A DNA stretch of 64,000 nt, from positions 62,001-126,000 of the forward strand of contig NMRA01000382.1 of the NCBI GenBank assembly GCA_002633005.1, read 5' to 3'. This document shows positions 37,742 to 51,100 of the stretch, one piece after another (the stretch's first letter is position 1; each line of letters begins with the position of its first letter). The notes beneath the pieces are model-generated. The model ran no database searches. It saw only the letters and a program-made list of their open reading frames with translations, and was not told the origin of the DNA. The position numbers were made by a program, and so were the translations under genes. This stretch comes from Phoronis australis. Its lineage: Eukaryota > Animalia > Phoronida.

Positions 37742-40454
37742 ACTAATTACAATACCAGAACAACAACATTTTTGCGAGATATTAATGATGTTGATACTGA
37801 TTATGAAGAAACTACTTGTGACATTTTGTAGTACTGTGGTGGATATGGGACCTGATGGGGGCCCCAACATATGTTGCCTCGGGGAATTGGGCAGAGCGCT
37901 GTTGTATGTGTACAGGCGTCCCGAAGGTTACGGGGGTCCGGAGTACGAAGCTTCTGTTCAGGAAATGTATCGACTAAAACAATTTTAAAATAAAAAACGG
38001 GAACGAGATCCCGCCACGATCTGGGGTCTGAGTCCCCCCTTTTTCCAGTACCAGTCCTAGTTATAGTTCCTCACACGTCGCGCTGTTGTTGTATCATTTT
38101 GCTTGTGGCAGCCCCTTCCCCCACCAAATTCGCGTATGTGTTCCAATTAGTGATATAATTAAAGAAATTATCAAGTAGTGTATGCTAACCCTGTGGCTCT
38201 GGCATCAACAAGTGATGGTGTGAAACGCTTGCAAAACAAGTAATGATTTCCAAAACAAGGAATTAGCTTACAACGTGGCAATTGTGGTAATCAGCGAAGA
38301 ACACATTGTGTTAGAATGGTGAGTTTAATGCAGACAAAAATACTTTCAATAACATCTATTTGTATCACCAGACTGAGGTTTCACACCACCATTTTTATGC
38401 CTTTTCTAATACCTAGAAATTCCAAACCTTAGCCTGGAAGTTTTACGGAAATCTGGGAAAGCTGCCAAAAATAATCCAAAACATAAACTCATTCAATGCA
38501 GAGATACACTAAATAAAAATGCCTCCCAAGAGGGACGGCAACCTGGAATTAACAAGGAACCCAGCAGCCCTTTTAGGTCACCCTTGAGTAAAAAATTCGG
38601 ACAGAGTCAAAATCCACATCTTAAAATAAGATTTTCATGGGTGATATTACTGTCAAAATTGCCCTTTAACTTTTGACTTTTGATAGAGTAACACCATCAG
38701 TGATAGTGTCATCAAAGCAACAAATGTGCAGAAAACATCATGTAGGCATCCATTCTTAACCTTAACTATGTACAGGAAATCCAAAATCTATAACATTTTA
38801 AATGTTTATATAAAAGTAATCCGGTATTATACATTGACGTTAGATGCTGAAGACACAATTGTAACGTTTCATTATCACGTTAGACCATTTATTTTTTCCC
38901 AAACATATATAAACAATAACATTTGATCACATGGCACAAGTTCCCTTGGTATGTATCCGTCTAACCAATAAAAATATTCTTTGATCAAAACCTCCTTAAG
39001 CATATTAAGCACTGCGATCATTCAGTGATTAACTCACTACGCAACTGATAATATCATCGACTATGTCACCTTTGCTAAAAATATATGTTAAAAACAATTA
39101 TAAGCCGTATGATGACGAATGCACGCAGTAGTCAATAGCCTCGATTTGTAGTGAATGACACATAGTAACAGAAATGATAGCCCATGTGTCATCCAGGTTC
39201 CTCATGGGAAGTCTAAGCACATTTTTTTTTCTGAAGCCATGCAAAGATCATCCAAATATGTACTGATTTTAAACAACAGTTTCCGATCAAGTTGCTCAGT
39301 TGAATCTTTAGACATGTTTGACAGGAAAGGGTTGGATTGTTGATAATCCTCAGATACTGAATACCCATGGTCAACTAACTCTTTGTTCCTGTTGGCTTCT
39401 TAGAAACAGATGGCGAATCAATCCATTAGTACATGTTTCTGTCTTTCTTTGAACTGAACAATGAGATTGCTGACATCCATTCTTGCTGATTTCTGCAGCT
39501 GTGTGAGTTTTGAACAAAACGAAATGCCAATTAGAGACGGTGGTCACTGTCTAATCCTCTAAATAATAGGAATGTTATTCAGTTGTTACATTGGCATCAA
39601 CTTTTTTGACCATGTCCTTGTCCTTTTGTTCGTTTCCCATTTTTCCCAACAACACGTGCATTCGCATGGTCAAGTCCAGATATTTGCTGTCACTGACACT
39701 GGCACTGGCCTTGTGTGTTCAATATGGCTAAGACTAACAGTCTGACTCGATCTGTGAGGCACAGCACACATTACGAATTTTTGTCCGACCGGTCGTCTAG
39801 CCGACTAGCAGCCGACCAACTACGGTCGCCTAGGAAGAGTCTGTTGAGTCGCTTCTGTGGTCCGCACTTGGGTCGGCTAAGTGGTCGCCTGGCGTAGACG
39901 ACCAATTCGGATTATGCGTGTCCTTGGTCGGCAATTATCATTTTATGACTTAGCGGGTGAACTTTGGACAAACAAACATTTAACTGTTTACAGTTCGTAT
40001 ACCAGTTGCAACTCTGGTCTTGACATCGGTTTATCAACTTTTGTTCAACTATCGAAAGGAGGTAAAATCGAATCAACCTACAAATACGAATTGCGTGACA
40101 TTACACCAACGTAAACTTTATGTTGAATAGATGACGGCGTGGTAAAATCAAACTTTAAGTGGTATTGCGGAAGCATAATTTCTAACTTAAGATATTACAT
40201 TTTTTATACAGAATAAGCACAAAGTTTGAAATTTACAGTAAAATTGCATAAAAATCGGAATACAACACTGGATATTTTGCGACCTCAAGTGTTTTCATGC
40301 CGCGGAATGCTCAACAAGCAGCACGCATTTGCACTCATCCGTTATTGCCCTTGATCATCACTTCATCACGCTGTGTATGGCGTTTTACCACAGGTTACAA
40401 TTGTTCATTTCTATATAATTTCTTAATATGTTGGAACAGCAATAGAACCCAAGT

Positions 40455-43400
40455 TTTGGCCCTACACTTTCAATGGTTTCTTGGAATGCAGAAGGATTAG
40501 AAAATAAATTTGTTAGGGACGAAGTCTAAATGTACTTATCTACTTACGGCATAATGTGTATCTGTGAAACATTTGGCAAAACGCTCAGGTCAATCTGAGC
40601 TGTCAAGCTATGACTCGTTAAATCTATGTTTTAATGAGAAAAACCAAAAGGTAGATACTCTGGAGGCGTTAGTATTTTCATTTAACAGTCAATTTCTAAA
40701 CATTTCAGACGCATACATTCACAGTTTTCCTTTAGTATCTGTTTGAAATGTGAGAGGGAACTATTTGGCGTTGTTCAGGATGTTTTGATGTTCTTTGTTT
40801 ATTTACCCCCTGAAGGTTCAAGTTCATATTTTAATGGCACAGGTTCACCAGAGAACAGCGGTGTATTATTGTTGTATAGCGAGATTACCAAATTGACTGA
40901 TCGTTTCCGTGATTGTTCGTTGGCTATTGTGGGCGATCTCAATGCCAGAACAGGGAATATGGTACACTGTAGACTTCATTTTAGATGATAACCCAAAATA
41001 TTTGCCAAGCCAGGACTGATATGAAGCAGATACATTTAATTTGCCTAGAAATTCTAAGTAAAACTCTCATTGAGTTATGTCACTAACTTAGTATTCATAT
41101 TGTCAATGGTCGTTTCCCCGGTGACACTAGGGGAGAGTTTACCTGTCTGTCGGGAGGTGGACGCCCTTACAAAAATGAACTTAAGTTTTTCGCAGAAAAC
41201 TTAAGTTTTTGGCGAAAAAAATAAGTTTTTGGAAAATAAATTAAGTTTTAGAGGAAACACTTAAGTTCTTCCGAAAAACTTAAAGTTTTTGAAAGAAACT
41301 TAAGTTTTTAAAACTGAGTTTTCAGAACTTAAGTTTTTGAAAAACTTAAGTTTTCAGAACTTAAGTCTTTGAAAAACTTAAGGTTTTGAAAACTTAAGTT
41401 AGGAAAACATAAGTTCGTTCCAAAAAACTTGTTCCAAAATACTTAAGTTTTCGCCAAAAAACTTAAGTTTTTGTGAATGAAAACTTATGTTTTTCAGACC
41501 AAAAACTTAATTTTTTCGATGAAAACTTAAGTTCATTTTTGTATTTTACGTAGTTTAGTGGATTACGTATTATTATCTACACTGTTTAATTTAGTAAAGG
41601 ATTTTTTGTAGATGAATGGGATGAATTTGATCATCTACCAGTTATTTGTAAGTTTAGGTGTTGCAGGTCAGAGATCAACCCTCCTATGGTTCCATTGTTA
41701 CACACGCATAGCCGGATTCAGTGGGAAAGATCTAATGCACAGGCATTCTCTCATGTTTTTTCAACTGGTGCTGAGAATTGTACGGCGGCACTGGATAGCT
41801 CGGTGGCTAGTGGCAATCTAGATAATGCTGTGGCAGTCGGCCTTATCTACCATGAAAACTCGTACATCTACGAATGGTAAGACTAAAGTAAATCCAAACT
41901 CTCGGACAAAGCAGCCACCCTGGTGGGATGATGAATTGGCTTCGGCCAAACGAGCAAAATATGGTCTTTAAAACTGTTTCGTAAAAACACTTCTGTCTTT
42001 TACCTTAACATGTACAAAGTAAAAAAGAAAGCTTTCCGTGATCTGTTTAAACAGAAAGAGAAAGCATATGAAGCCCGACTTATTGAAGCCATTAAACATT
42101 CCAAAAATAACCCTAAGGAGTTCTGGCAAGTAATTAAATCCAATATTTGGACATCCTGTAAGTCTTCTACAATTAGTCCGCAGAAATGGCACGACTATTC
42201 CAAGGATTTATTGAATCGAAACTGCTCTATTGACGTGTCCTTTAGTCAATTTGCCACGCCGGAAATGATTGAACATGATAGTTCGTGTGAAAAGTGTAGT
42301 GATCTTAATACTGATTTCTTACTCCAGCTCATAAACAAGGCAATATCAATGACGAAAATAACTATAGAGGTTGTCTGCTTTGGGAAAAGTTTTTACCGAA
42401 CTTTTAGATAATCGTCTTTATTACTGGGCTGAAAATAATGATAAACTTTATGAGTCTCAAGCTGGGTTTAGAAAAGGCTACTCTACGATTGACCAAGTGT
42501 TTACACTTCAAGCTATGTGCCACAAGTATTTGAGTCGGCAGGGTGTGAGATTTTACTGTGCTTTTGTAGATTTCTCGAAGGCATTCGATCGAATTCCACA
42601 TAATTTACTATTCTATAGATTGAAAAACATTGATGTGCGTGGTAAAATTTTCAACATAATCCGCTCTATGTATAGTATGTTGCGCACTTGTATGAAAACT
42701 CAAGATGGTCTTACAGAGTTCTTTGATTGCACTGTTGGTACTCGCTAGGGTTGCATGATCAGCCCATTATTATTTGTGTTGTGTCTAAATGAATTTCTGG
42801 ATCAAATGAGTATGAAAAGTAATATTAATAGCACATATCTCAGCAAACAAGTGCCGAGAGTTTACTCCCTACTGTACGCAGACGATATGGTGTTATGTTC
42901 CTCTACCGCCATCAACTTACAACGTACATGTACATGTATGCTTAATTGTTTGGCAGGATTTTGCAAATCATGGGGCATCCAAGTAAACTTGAAAAAAAAA
43001 TAAAGTGGTCGTTTTCAGAAATGGCGGTACCCTAAGACGATATGAGAAATGATTTTACGATGGAATATTGGTTGATGTGGTTCCTCATTACAAATACCTT
43101 GGACTACTTATTACTCCAAAAGTTTCGTGGACCAAAGCCATTAAAGCCTTATCTAGTCAAGCAAATAAAACTGCCTGTGCAATTTGTTAATTAAAGCGAA
43201 TATGTCGTGATTTGCCCCCGTCAATAGCCCTTCACTTGTTCGATAAAATAGTTTACGCCTCGCTGTGTTACGGCGCTGAGATATGGGACTTTAAGGAATA
43301 TGAACAATTGGAAAATGTACATATCATGTTTTGTTAACGCATTTTAGGAGTAGGCTGCTGTTGTTCAAACTAGGCAATTATGGGAGAATATGGTCGATTC

Positions 43401-44142
43401 CCATTGTGTACAAAATATTTTGTTTCTTGTATAAAATACTGGTTCAAAATACTGGAGATGCCTAGTAATCGTGGGGAAAAAGCTGCATATGACATGCTTT
43501 TTCAGTCAGACCTGATCGGAAGATCTTCCTATAATTGGGCAAGTTTTGTAAGGAAACTTCTGTCTGTGTATAGTTTTTCAGATGTATGGATTATTCAAGG
43601 TGTGGTAAATCAAGCGTATTTCTTGACTGTTTTTTTTTTCTCAACGTGTCGACGACTGTTATTTTCAAGGTTGGTAATCTGATATCGAATGTAACGCAAA
43701 AGTGCCTTACTATGTGGGGTACAAAAGAATGTATCATCTTGAGAATTATCTAGAAATGATTGGTATCCCACGTGGTTTTATCCAGTCTCTGACTCGATTG
43801 CGATGTTCAAATCATTCGTTACTAGTGGAAAGATGTCCCCACACAAACATTCCCCATGAAAACAGGTTGTGTGAATTATGTAATTCTGGGTGGGTTGAGG
43901 ACGAATACCACTTTGTGTTAGTTTGTATTGCGTACCAAGACCTTCGGGTTAAGTACTTAAGTGATCGTTTTTTGTCATTCTCCCACGACATCTAAATTTT
44001 ATTCTCTCATGAGAACTCCTACTTAATAAATTCGTCCATCACGCTCTCAGGCGTCATAATGTATTATCCAGTTTGAAACGTGGCACCTAACAATGTTCTG
44101 TCTTGCATATGATATACATTGGGCCCAGGGCCATGTGTATAT
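40455..44142 (+). mobile_element. Decayed, 5'-truncated non-LTR retrotransposon (RTEX/RTE-X-like): APE, RT and C-terminal CCHC
   Basis: VYLPPEGSS...IVGDLNARTG (APE). QAGFRKGYSTIDQVFTL, FVDFSKAFD and LLYADD (RT). LTRLRCSNHSL...RLCELCNSGWVEDEYHFVLVC (CCHC). Many stops and frameshifts. Confidence 0.9.
41164..41547. mobile_element. MITE made almost entirely of AAAACTTAAGTTTT repeats, inserted in the LINE endonuclease region
   Basis: cccttacaaaaatgaacttaag ... cttaagttcatttttgta, with acg on both flanks. Removing it restores GGA GGT GGA CGT AGT TTA GTG GAT TAC (GGGRSLVDY), an APE motif. Confidence 0.85.
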
Positions 44143-47100
44143 ACAATTGTTTGAACATAGCGCCGATATTAAATCATGGACGCATGAAAACGGAAGACTG
44201 TAATCGGTTTATAGTGTCATCCACCAGCCATCATCTTTCTGAAATTGTTGTCACTTTCGCACAAGCTAGAGCCTTCCTATCTAGCCAGCTAGCTGTATGA
44301 AGACCATTTTCAAAATACAGCAAGGTGCCTCTGAGTATTGAGCTCAAACAGACCTCGAAACTTTACACAGTCCGGATAGTTATGCTTGTCACCTCGTCGA
44401 AAAGCTTGTATCAACATGACCTCAAGATCTGCGGGTGTGCAAGCAAACTCTAGAAGTCAATTGGCATTCAATTTGCCTGTTACGACCGTTTAAGCGGAAA
44501 ACATCCGACTTCTTCTTCTTGCGTAATTCTCCGCCTCTTGTAACGAAAAAACGTATGTCGTCGTTTTGAAAAGACTTCATTCGTGACACGCGCCACTTTC
44601 AAAATGTTTTCGACATCTCCCATTAGATGGTGACAACATCTCAGCCAAATCTGTTCTAAAATTTGGTTCACTGATATCAAACATCCAAAAACATATAATG
44701 AAGTGAAACCAATTCTAATCATTTGTCGTGACGTTTACGCAAACTCGAGGTTGAACGTTTGATTGAAGAATCTGGGAAAATGAAACTGGCTAGTAGGTGA
44801 CGCAATATTTCATTGCGTCGTAAGTCGACGCAAAAGATCACACCATAATTTCAGCAGCAGAATAATTTTAGAAAACCAATTTGTGCAACGCTGGTAAATA
44901 ATTTAGATTACTCTAGGAAGATTTTATTTGGTCAGTTGTTACCCGCAACGGCACAAATTTAAAATTATGGAAACAGCTTTGCACCGAGGCTAGAGCCTTC
45001 CGAGCCCTTTGGCGTTAGAACACAATACTTGGCGTTTCGGGTATACTCCAAGGGGTAAAACTTTGAAAATAATATTTTCGGGGTAACCTGGTACATGTTA
45101 ACCTAAAAAAGTAGTCCGTGTTTTCATGTAGAGCGTAAAAAATAATAACCCAGTGATTCAAAAAGAACAGTCTCGCAAAGGAAAACGCACATAATTTTCA
45201 GTTCTATTACACACATTAAAAATAACTTATATAAGTTTATTGCGTCGATTCTAGTGATCACCAGGGCAAGTCAAAACTCTTAAGGAGGGGCGGGGGGGCA
45301 ATTACAAACCGTTAGCATGAATCAGTGACATAAAAATGGAATTAGACCGACTTTAATTCATCACTATTGTAGACGCTACAGTTACAGACACTGACTGCAT
45401 TTGTTAACGTCTTGTGGCAATTATAAAAATACTTGTTTCTACTAAGATTGATAAAAAATTTACTCTGATGAGGTATAATGCAATATGCATGTCTAATATG
45501 CAGATGGGCAGTTGCAAAAATTTATACTGGGTTTAATGAATCCGTTTGTTATGAACCACTGCAAAAGTATGATTGTACATTCGCAGCACGCCTCATTAGA
45601 ATAAAAACATACACATGCTTGACGATCCTAAAAGTACCTCTATTACAGATATGATTGAAGATGTATATTTGTTAAGCCATTGAGGATAATAAGGCTTACA
45701 TAATATCACACTGAGCCATCTACACCAGGCATATACAAAGGATACAGCATTTCAAAAGAATCCACATCTACTCATTGTTCATGTTCATAACTACTCATTT
45801 TTTATATTAATACTAAATCACGAATACCTAGATTTATATAAGAAATTACACAGTACAATGGTACACAACCTGCTAACCCACACTTATAAAATGCCTAATT
45901 TGAAACATTTAACGACATATATTTTCTAGGCAAGATTAAAACCATGCAAAACATGTTAACTCTCCAGGACCAAAAATGAATATCTCAAAACCAAATTTTG
46001 CTTAAGCAGGAATCCAGTTAAAACAATCCAATACATTGAGATTGTTTTCACACAGAAGACGAAAAAAAAACAAATAAAGACCAAAATTCACCACGTCAAG
46101 ACTGAAAATTTAACACATCAGCACCTATAATTTATCAAGTGAGGACCAAAAATTCTTCAATTCGAAATCAAAATAATATATGACCGAATTAACTGAAAAT
46201 TTAATAAGTCAGGTTTAAAAACTTACCACGCCAGTAACTTTAAACGCCAGAACACCACGTCAACATCCCCAAGCATTGACCCTTCAAAATGATAACGTCC
46301 GTATTATACGTATAAACAGGGTCTAAATGTTCAACCTCTTGCCGACGAGACATATTATCTTGCAAATGCGGTTGAATTTCTTTCGTCTAATCCACGTTTT
46401 ACAATAGATGCTAATGTATACATGTAGGTACACACTGGATTGTCACCATTGCACAATGGGTGATCACGTAGTCTCCGGGCATGAAACAATTCTCTCCTGG
46501 CGTGATAAGATTTCTGACTCAATAAATCCTGTTTGCCAATTGTTTTTGATTTTACAGAGATTTCAATTCATGAATAGAAAATTTGTGTTCTGTATTTTTC
46601 CGCTTCAGCTTTCCATTCAGCTAACTAGTACACTGCACAAGGTTTTTACTATACCATAGCGTCTCCACTGCAACGAATCATTTCTGGAACAACCTTCCGT
46701 AAATGACGTTCGTATTTTGCACATTTCTTCGGGGTAACAGTTTTCCAAGAGCTATCTATTCATTGGACATTTTTCTGTTTGGTATTCGGTTATATTTTCT
46801 TTCTCAGTTAGTCCTTGAGCTCATGCTCTAAATGTTTTGAAAACGCAACTCTTTCTTTACGCAGATACCGTTTTCTGCCGTGGGCACCGACTCGCTGAAT
46901 TCATCAACCAAACATTTATTTTTGAAAATGCCCTGAAAAGTGTACAATTTAAAAACACCCTTTTGACCATAGTCTCTAATGCTGGAATGTTTTTTAAGAC
47001 TGAGCACCATTTCAAAAAATTGTACTTTTTCTTACAGCTGAGCACAGAAGAATTCATTCTGCGATTTTAGGACTGACACGGATCCAAATCTCGAGAGGTG

Positions 47101-48199
47101 ACTCATTAGAATATGCAAAACTCGGGTATGGGGGTTGCGATACAAGCATGTTTTTTATTTTCGCGCCAAACATGTAGTTGCCATTCACGTCACTTACTTC
47201 CTAAGGTGGCCGGATCATGCGCTATAAATATCATCAGACGCTATGCTTCTCAAGAGTGCACCTCGATGTATGTTCTATCATTTTTTGCCATCGCAGTCGC
47301 TTTACCCAAGATTCACGCACATACATGTATGCCGCGTAGAGACAAATACCTCTTCACCACGCATTCACATTTTCCCGTTCACAATTGTTTTATGTTACAC
47401 AATTTGTCAATATGTTTTTGACAGAAAAAATCTATTCTTGGAACAACGTGAACGATCAACTGATAGGGGCCTACGTGTACATGTAACTAACCCAGGTTTT
47501 AACGTCACCGATACATGAAAACGGAATGCGTAAAGCTAGAATTGGCTATAGCCTCAACAGTGGTCATTCCGTGTTTGATGTCACCGTCTCAGTTCGTGGA
47601 AATCGTAACCATAATATGATTTCGAAGTTAGAGCCATCGAAGTCCGTGGGTTTAGGGCATACTGGACCGTGAAATTCACGTCTGTACTGCAAGGGTCAAT
47701 ACTATGAAAATAAAATCCCCGGATTGAGAGCTCTTCGGGGTGGAATAACTCACTCACTAGTCCATCATGATGGGCGCGTGATAGGAGACCGGTGAATAAC
47801 TTGAAAAACGCAAAAATGATGCAGGTTGGCTTTACACAAACAAAATCAATTATGCGAAGACTGCGAAAAATAGCCGCGTTTACAAAATGACTACAGCGTT
47901 GTGTTGACCGTGAAGCAACCAATCTAATACATCTTGTTAACGTCACGAGTCAAATTAACGATCAAATGTAAGAAACGTTCACGTTTTTCATTCAAAACGT
48001 GTTGTATTGTCCATAATCCAATGCTTACTATTACCGCTTGCCTTCAATCTTCGAATTAGTGGTGTTACACAACCGACGTGAACTCATGTAACCGAGACAG
48101 CAAAACTAATTTAATTTATTTGACCCTGTGCTAAAACGAATATGCATCGACACGCAAAGTGGTATGAGCCTGACAACCTATTAAGCAACTGCTACTCTA

Positions 48200-51100
48200 G
48201 CCTAAAAATAGCAGCCGACCAGCTGGTCGGCTGATGGCCGGTCGGCTGAGGGGTCGGCTGAAGGGTCGGCTGAAGGGTCGGCTGGGGAGTAGCCATTTGA
48301 GTCTCCATTGAGAGCGGCTGCCGGTCGGCTAATTTTTAGCCGACTGGTAGTCATTTTGTAAACGCACCTATTTTTGACAGTCTTCACCCACAATTGATTT
48401 TTTTTTGTAAAGCCAAACTGCATCTTTTTGACTTGTTTACTTTATTCACGGGTCTCCTATCACACGCCCATCCTGATGGGATAGTGAGTGAGTTGTTACA
48501 CCGCGAAGAGCTCTCACTCCGGGGATTTTATCTTTCATAGTATTGACCCTTGCAGTACAGACGCGAAATTCACAGTCCAGTAAGCCCTAAACCCACGGAC
48601 TTCGATGGCTCTAACTTCGAAATCCTAATATGGTTATGATTTCCACGAACTTAGACGGTGACATCAAACACTGAATGACCACTGTTGAGGTTACAACCAA
48701 TCGTAGCTTTGCCCATTCCGTTTTCATGTATCGGTGACGTATAATCCTGGGCTAATTACATGCACAGGTCGGCCCGTATCAGTTGGTCGTTCACGTTGTT
48801 CCAAAAATAAAGATTTTCTGTCAACAACATATTGACAAATTATGTAAAATAAAACAATTGTGAACGGGAACATGCGAATTTTACGTGGTAAAGAGGTATT
48901 TGTCTCTACGCGGCATATGAGCATGAATCTTTTATAAAGGGATTGTGATGTCAAAAATGATAGAAAATACATCAAGGTTGACTTTGTAGAAGCAGAACGT
49001 CTGCTGATAGTTACAGCGTATGATCTGGCCATCTTAGGTAGCAGGTGACGCTGAATGACAAGTGGCCACTACATGTTTGGCGCGAAAATAAAAAATCATG
49101 CTTGTATCGCTACCCCCCTCCCCGAAACGGTGCTCAATCTTAAAAAAATCCAGCATGACACAGCTTGATCAGAAATGCCAAGCACACGCAGCGTTGTAAG
49201 ACAGAGACGTTTCAGTTTCCGTATGTCAACAAAAGTGCTTTGAGCAGTATGTACAACTTTCTTCATTTCGATTTTCTTCATTGACGAATATGGTCAACAC
49301 GGTGATTTAAAAATGTCCACTTTTGAGGCATTTTCAAAAATAAATGTTTGGTTGATGAATTCAGCGAGTCGGAACCCACGGGTATAAAAGGTATGTGCGT
49401 AAAGAAAGAGTTGCTTTTTCAAAACTTTGAGCATGAGCTCAGGGACTACCTGAGAAAGAAAATGAAACCGAATACCAAACAGAAACTTTTCCAATGAATA
49501 TATAGCTCTTGGAAAACTGTTACCCGAACAAATGTGCAAAATACGAACGTCATTCACGGAAGGTTGTACCAGAAGCGATTTGTTGCAGTGGAGCCGCCAC
49601 GGGATGTTAAAAACTTTGCGATGTGCACTAGTTAACTGTATGGAAAGCTGAATCGGAAAACTCCAAAACACACATTTTCTATTCAGGAATTGAAATATAT
49701 GTAGAATCAAAAACAATAGGCAACCAGGATATATTGCGTCAGAAAACTCTTCACGCCAGGGAAGAATTGTATTCATGCGCGGAGACTACGTGATGACCCA
49801 TTATGCCATGATGACAACCCAGTGTGTACCTTTAGATTGGCATCTATTGTATAACGTGGATTTGACGAAAGAAATTAAACCGCATTTCCAATATAACATG
49901 TCTTTCGTCGGCGAGTGTTTGTCTAATGAACACTTACCCCTTATTTATGCGTGTAGTACGGACATTACCTTTTCGAACGATCAATGCTTGGGGATGGTAA
50001 CGGGGTGTTCTGGCGTGATAAGTTACTGACATGGTAACTTTTCGAACCTGACTTATTAAATTTTCAGTTCGGTCGTATTTTATTTTCATCCAGAAGTGAA
50101 AAATTTTGGTCCCCACATGACAAATTATAGCTGCTGATGTGGTAAATTTTAAGTCTTGGCATGGCGAATTTTGGTCTTGATTTGCTTTTTGGACTTCTGT
50201 GTGAAAACAATCTCAAAGTATTGGATTGTTTTAATTCGTGCTTAATTAAAAGTTCTTGTTGTGAGATATTTAGTTTTGGTCCTGGAGAGTTAACATGTGT
50301 TCCTTGGTTTTAATCTATCACAGAAAATATATGTCGTTAAATGTTTCCACTTACAATGTAGGCCTTCCATAATGTGGGAGAGCAGGTTGTGTAAATTACG
50401 TACTGTGTAACTTCTAATATAAATCTAGGTGCTTGTGATTTAGTAATACTATGAATAAATGAGAAGTTATGACTATGAAAAATGAGTAGTTGTGGCTTCT
50501 TTTGAATTTCTGCATCCTTTGTATATGCCTGGTGTAGATGGCGCAGTGTGATATTATGTAAGCCTTATTATCCTCTATGGCATAACAACTATATATCGCC
50601 ATCCATGCCTGTAACAGAGGTACTCCCAGGATCATCAAGCACGCGTATGTTTTTATTCTAATGAGGTGTGCTTCGAATGTACACTTAGTAATCATACTTT
50701 TGCAGTCTTGGTTCATAACACACTGATTCATTAAGCCCAGTAAATATTTTTGCAACTGCCGATCTGCATATTAGTCATGCATATCGCATCATTCCTCATC
50801 AGAGTAAAACTTGTTATCAATCAGAGTAGATTGGAAACAATTATTTTTATTATTGCCAAAAGACCTTAACAAACGCATTCAGTGTCTGTAACTGATGTGT
50901 CTATATTGCTGATGAATAAACGTCGGTCTAAATCATTTTTATAACACTGATTCGTGCCAGAGATTTGAAATTGGGCCCCTTGAGAGTTTTGACTTGCCCT
51001 AGTGACCACTAAAATTGATGCAATAAATTATATAACTTGTTGTTTAACCTGTGTAATAGAACTGAAAATTGTGTGCGTTTCCGTTTGCGAGAGTGCTCTT

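Larger units (their letters stand above)
39760..47893 (+). mobile_element. CACAG-terminated element copy 2, interrupted by an RTEX LINE
   Basis: Starts cacagcacacattacgaatttttgtccgaccggtcg. Matches copy 1 to aatagaacccaag (~40453), resumes at acaattgtttgaacatagcgccg (~44143), and matches the revcomp of copy 3 to aaaatgactac (47893). Confidence 0.8.

Noticed and set aside
39760-39790. CACAG terminus as a RAG recombination signal (RSS) or ProtoRAG end, implying somatic rearrangement of kringle cassettes
   Set aside because: The heptamer is CACAGCA, and the nonamer-like TTTTTGT is in the wrong orientation and spacing. No RAG/Transib coding remnant was seen, and the ends do not abut exons.
49294-49776. 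160-aa minus-strand ORF as a real gene
   Set aside because: It is the antisense shadow of the Tc1-like fragment and is interrupted in the other two copies.
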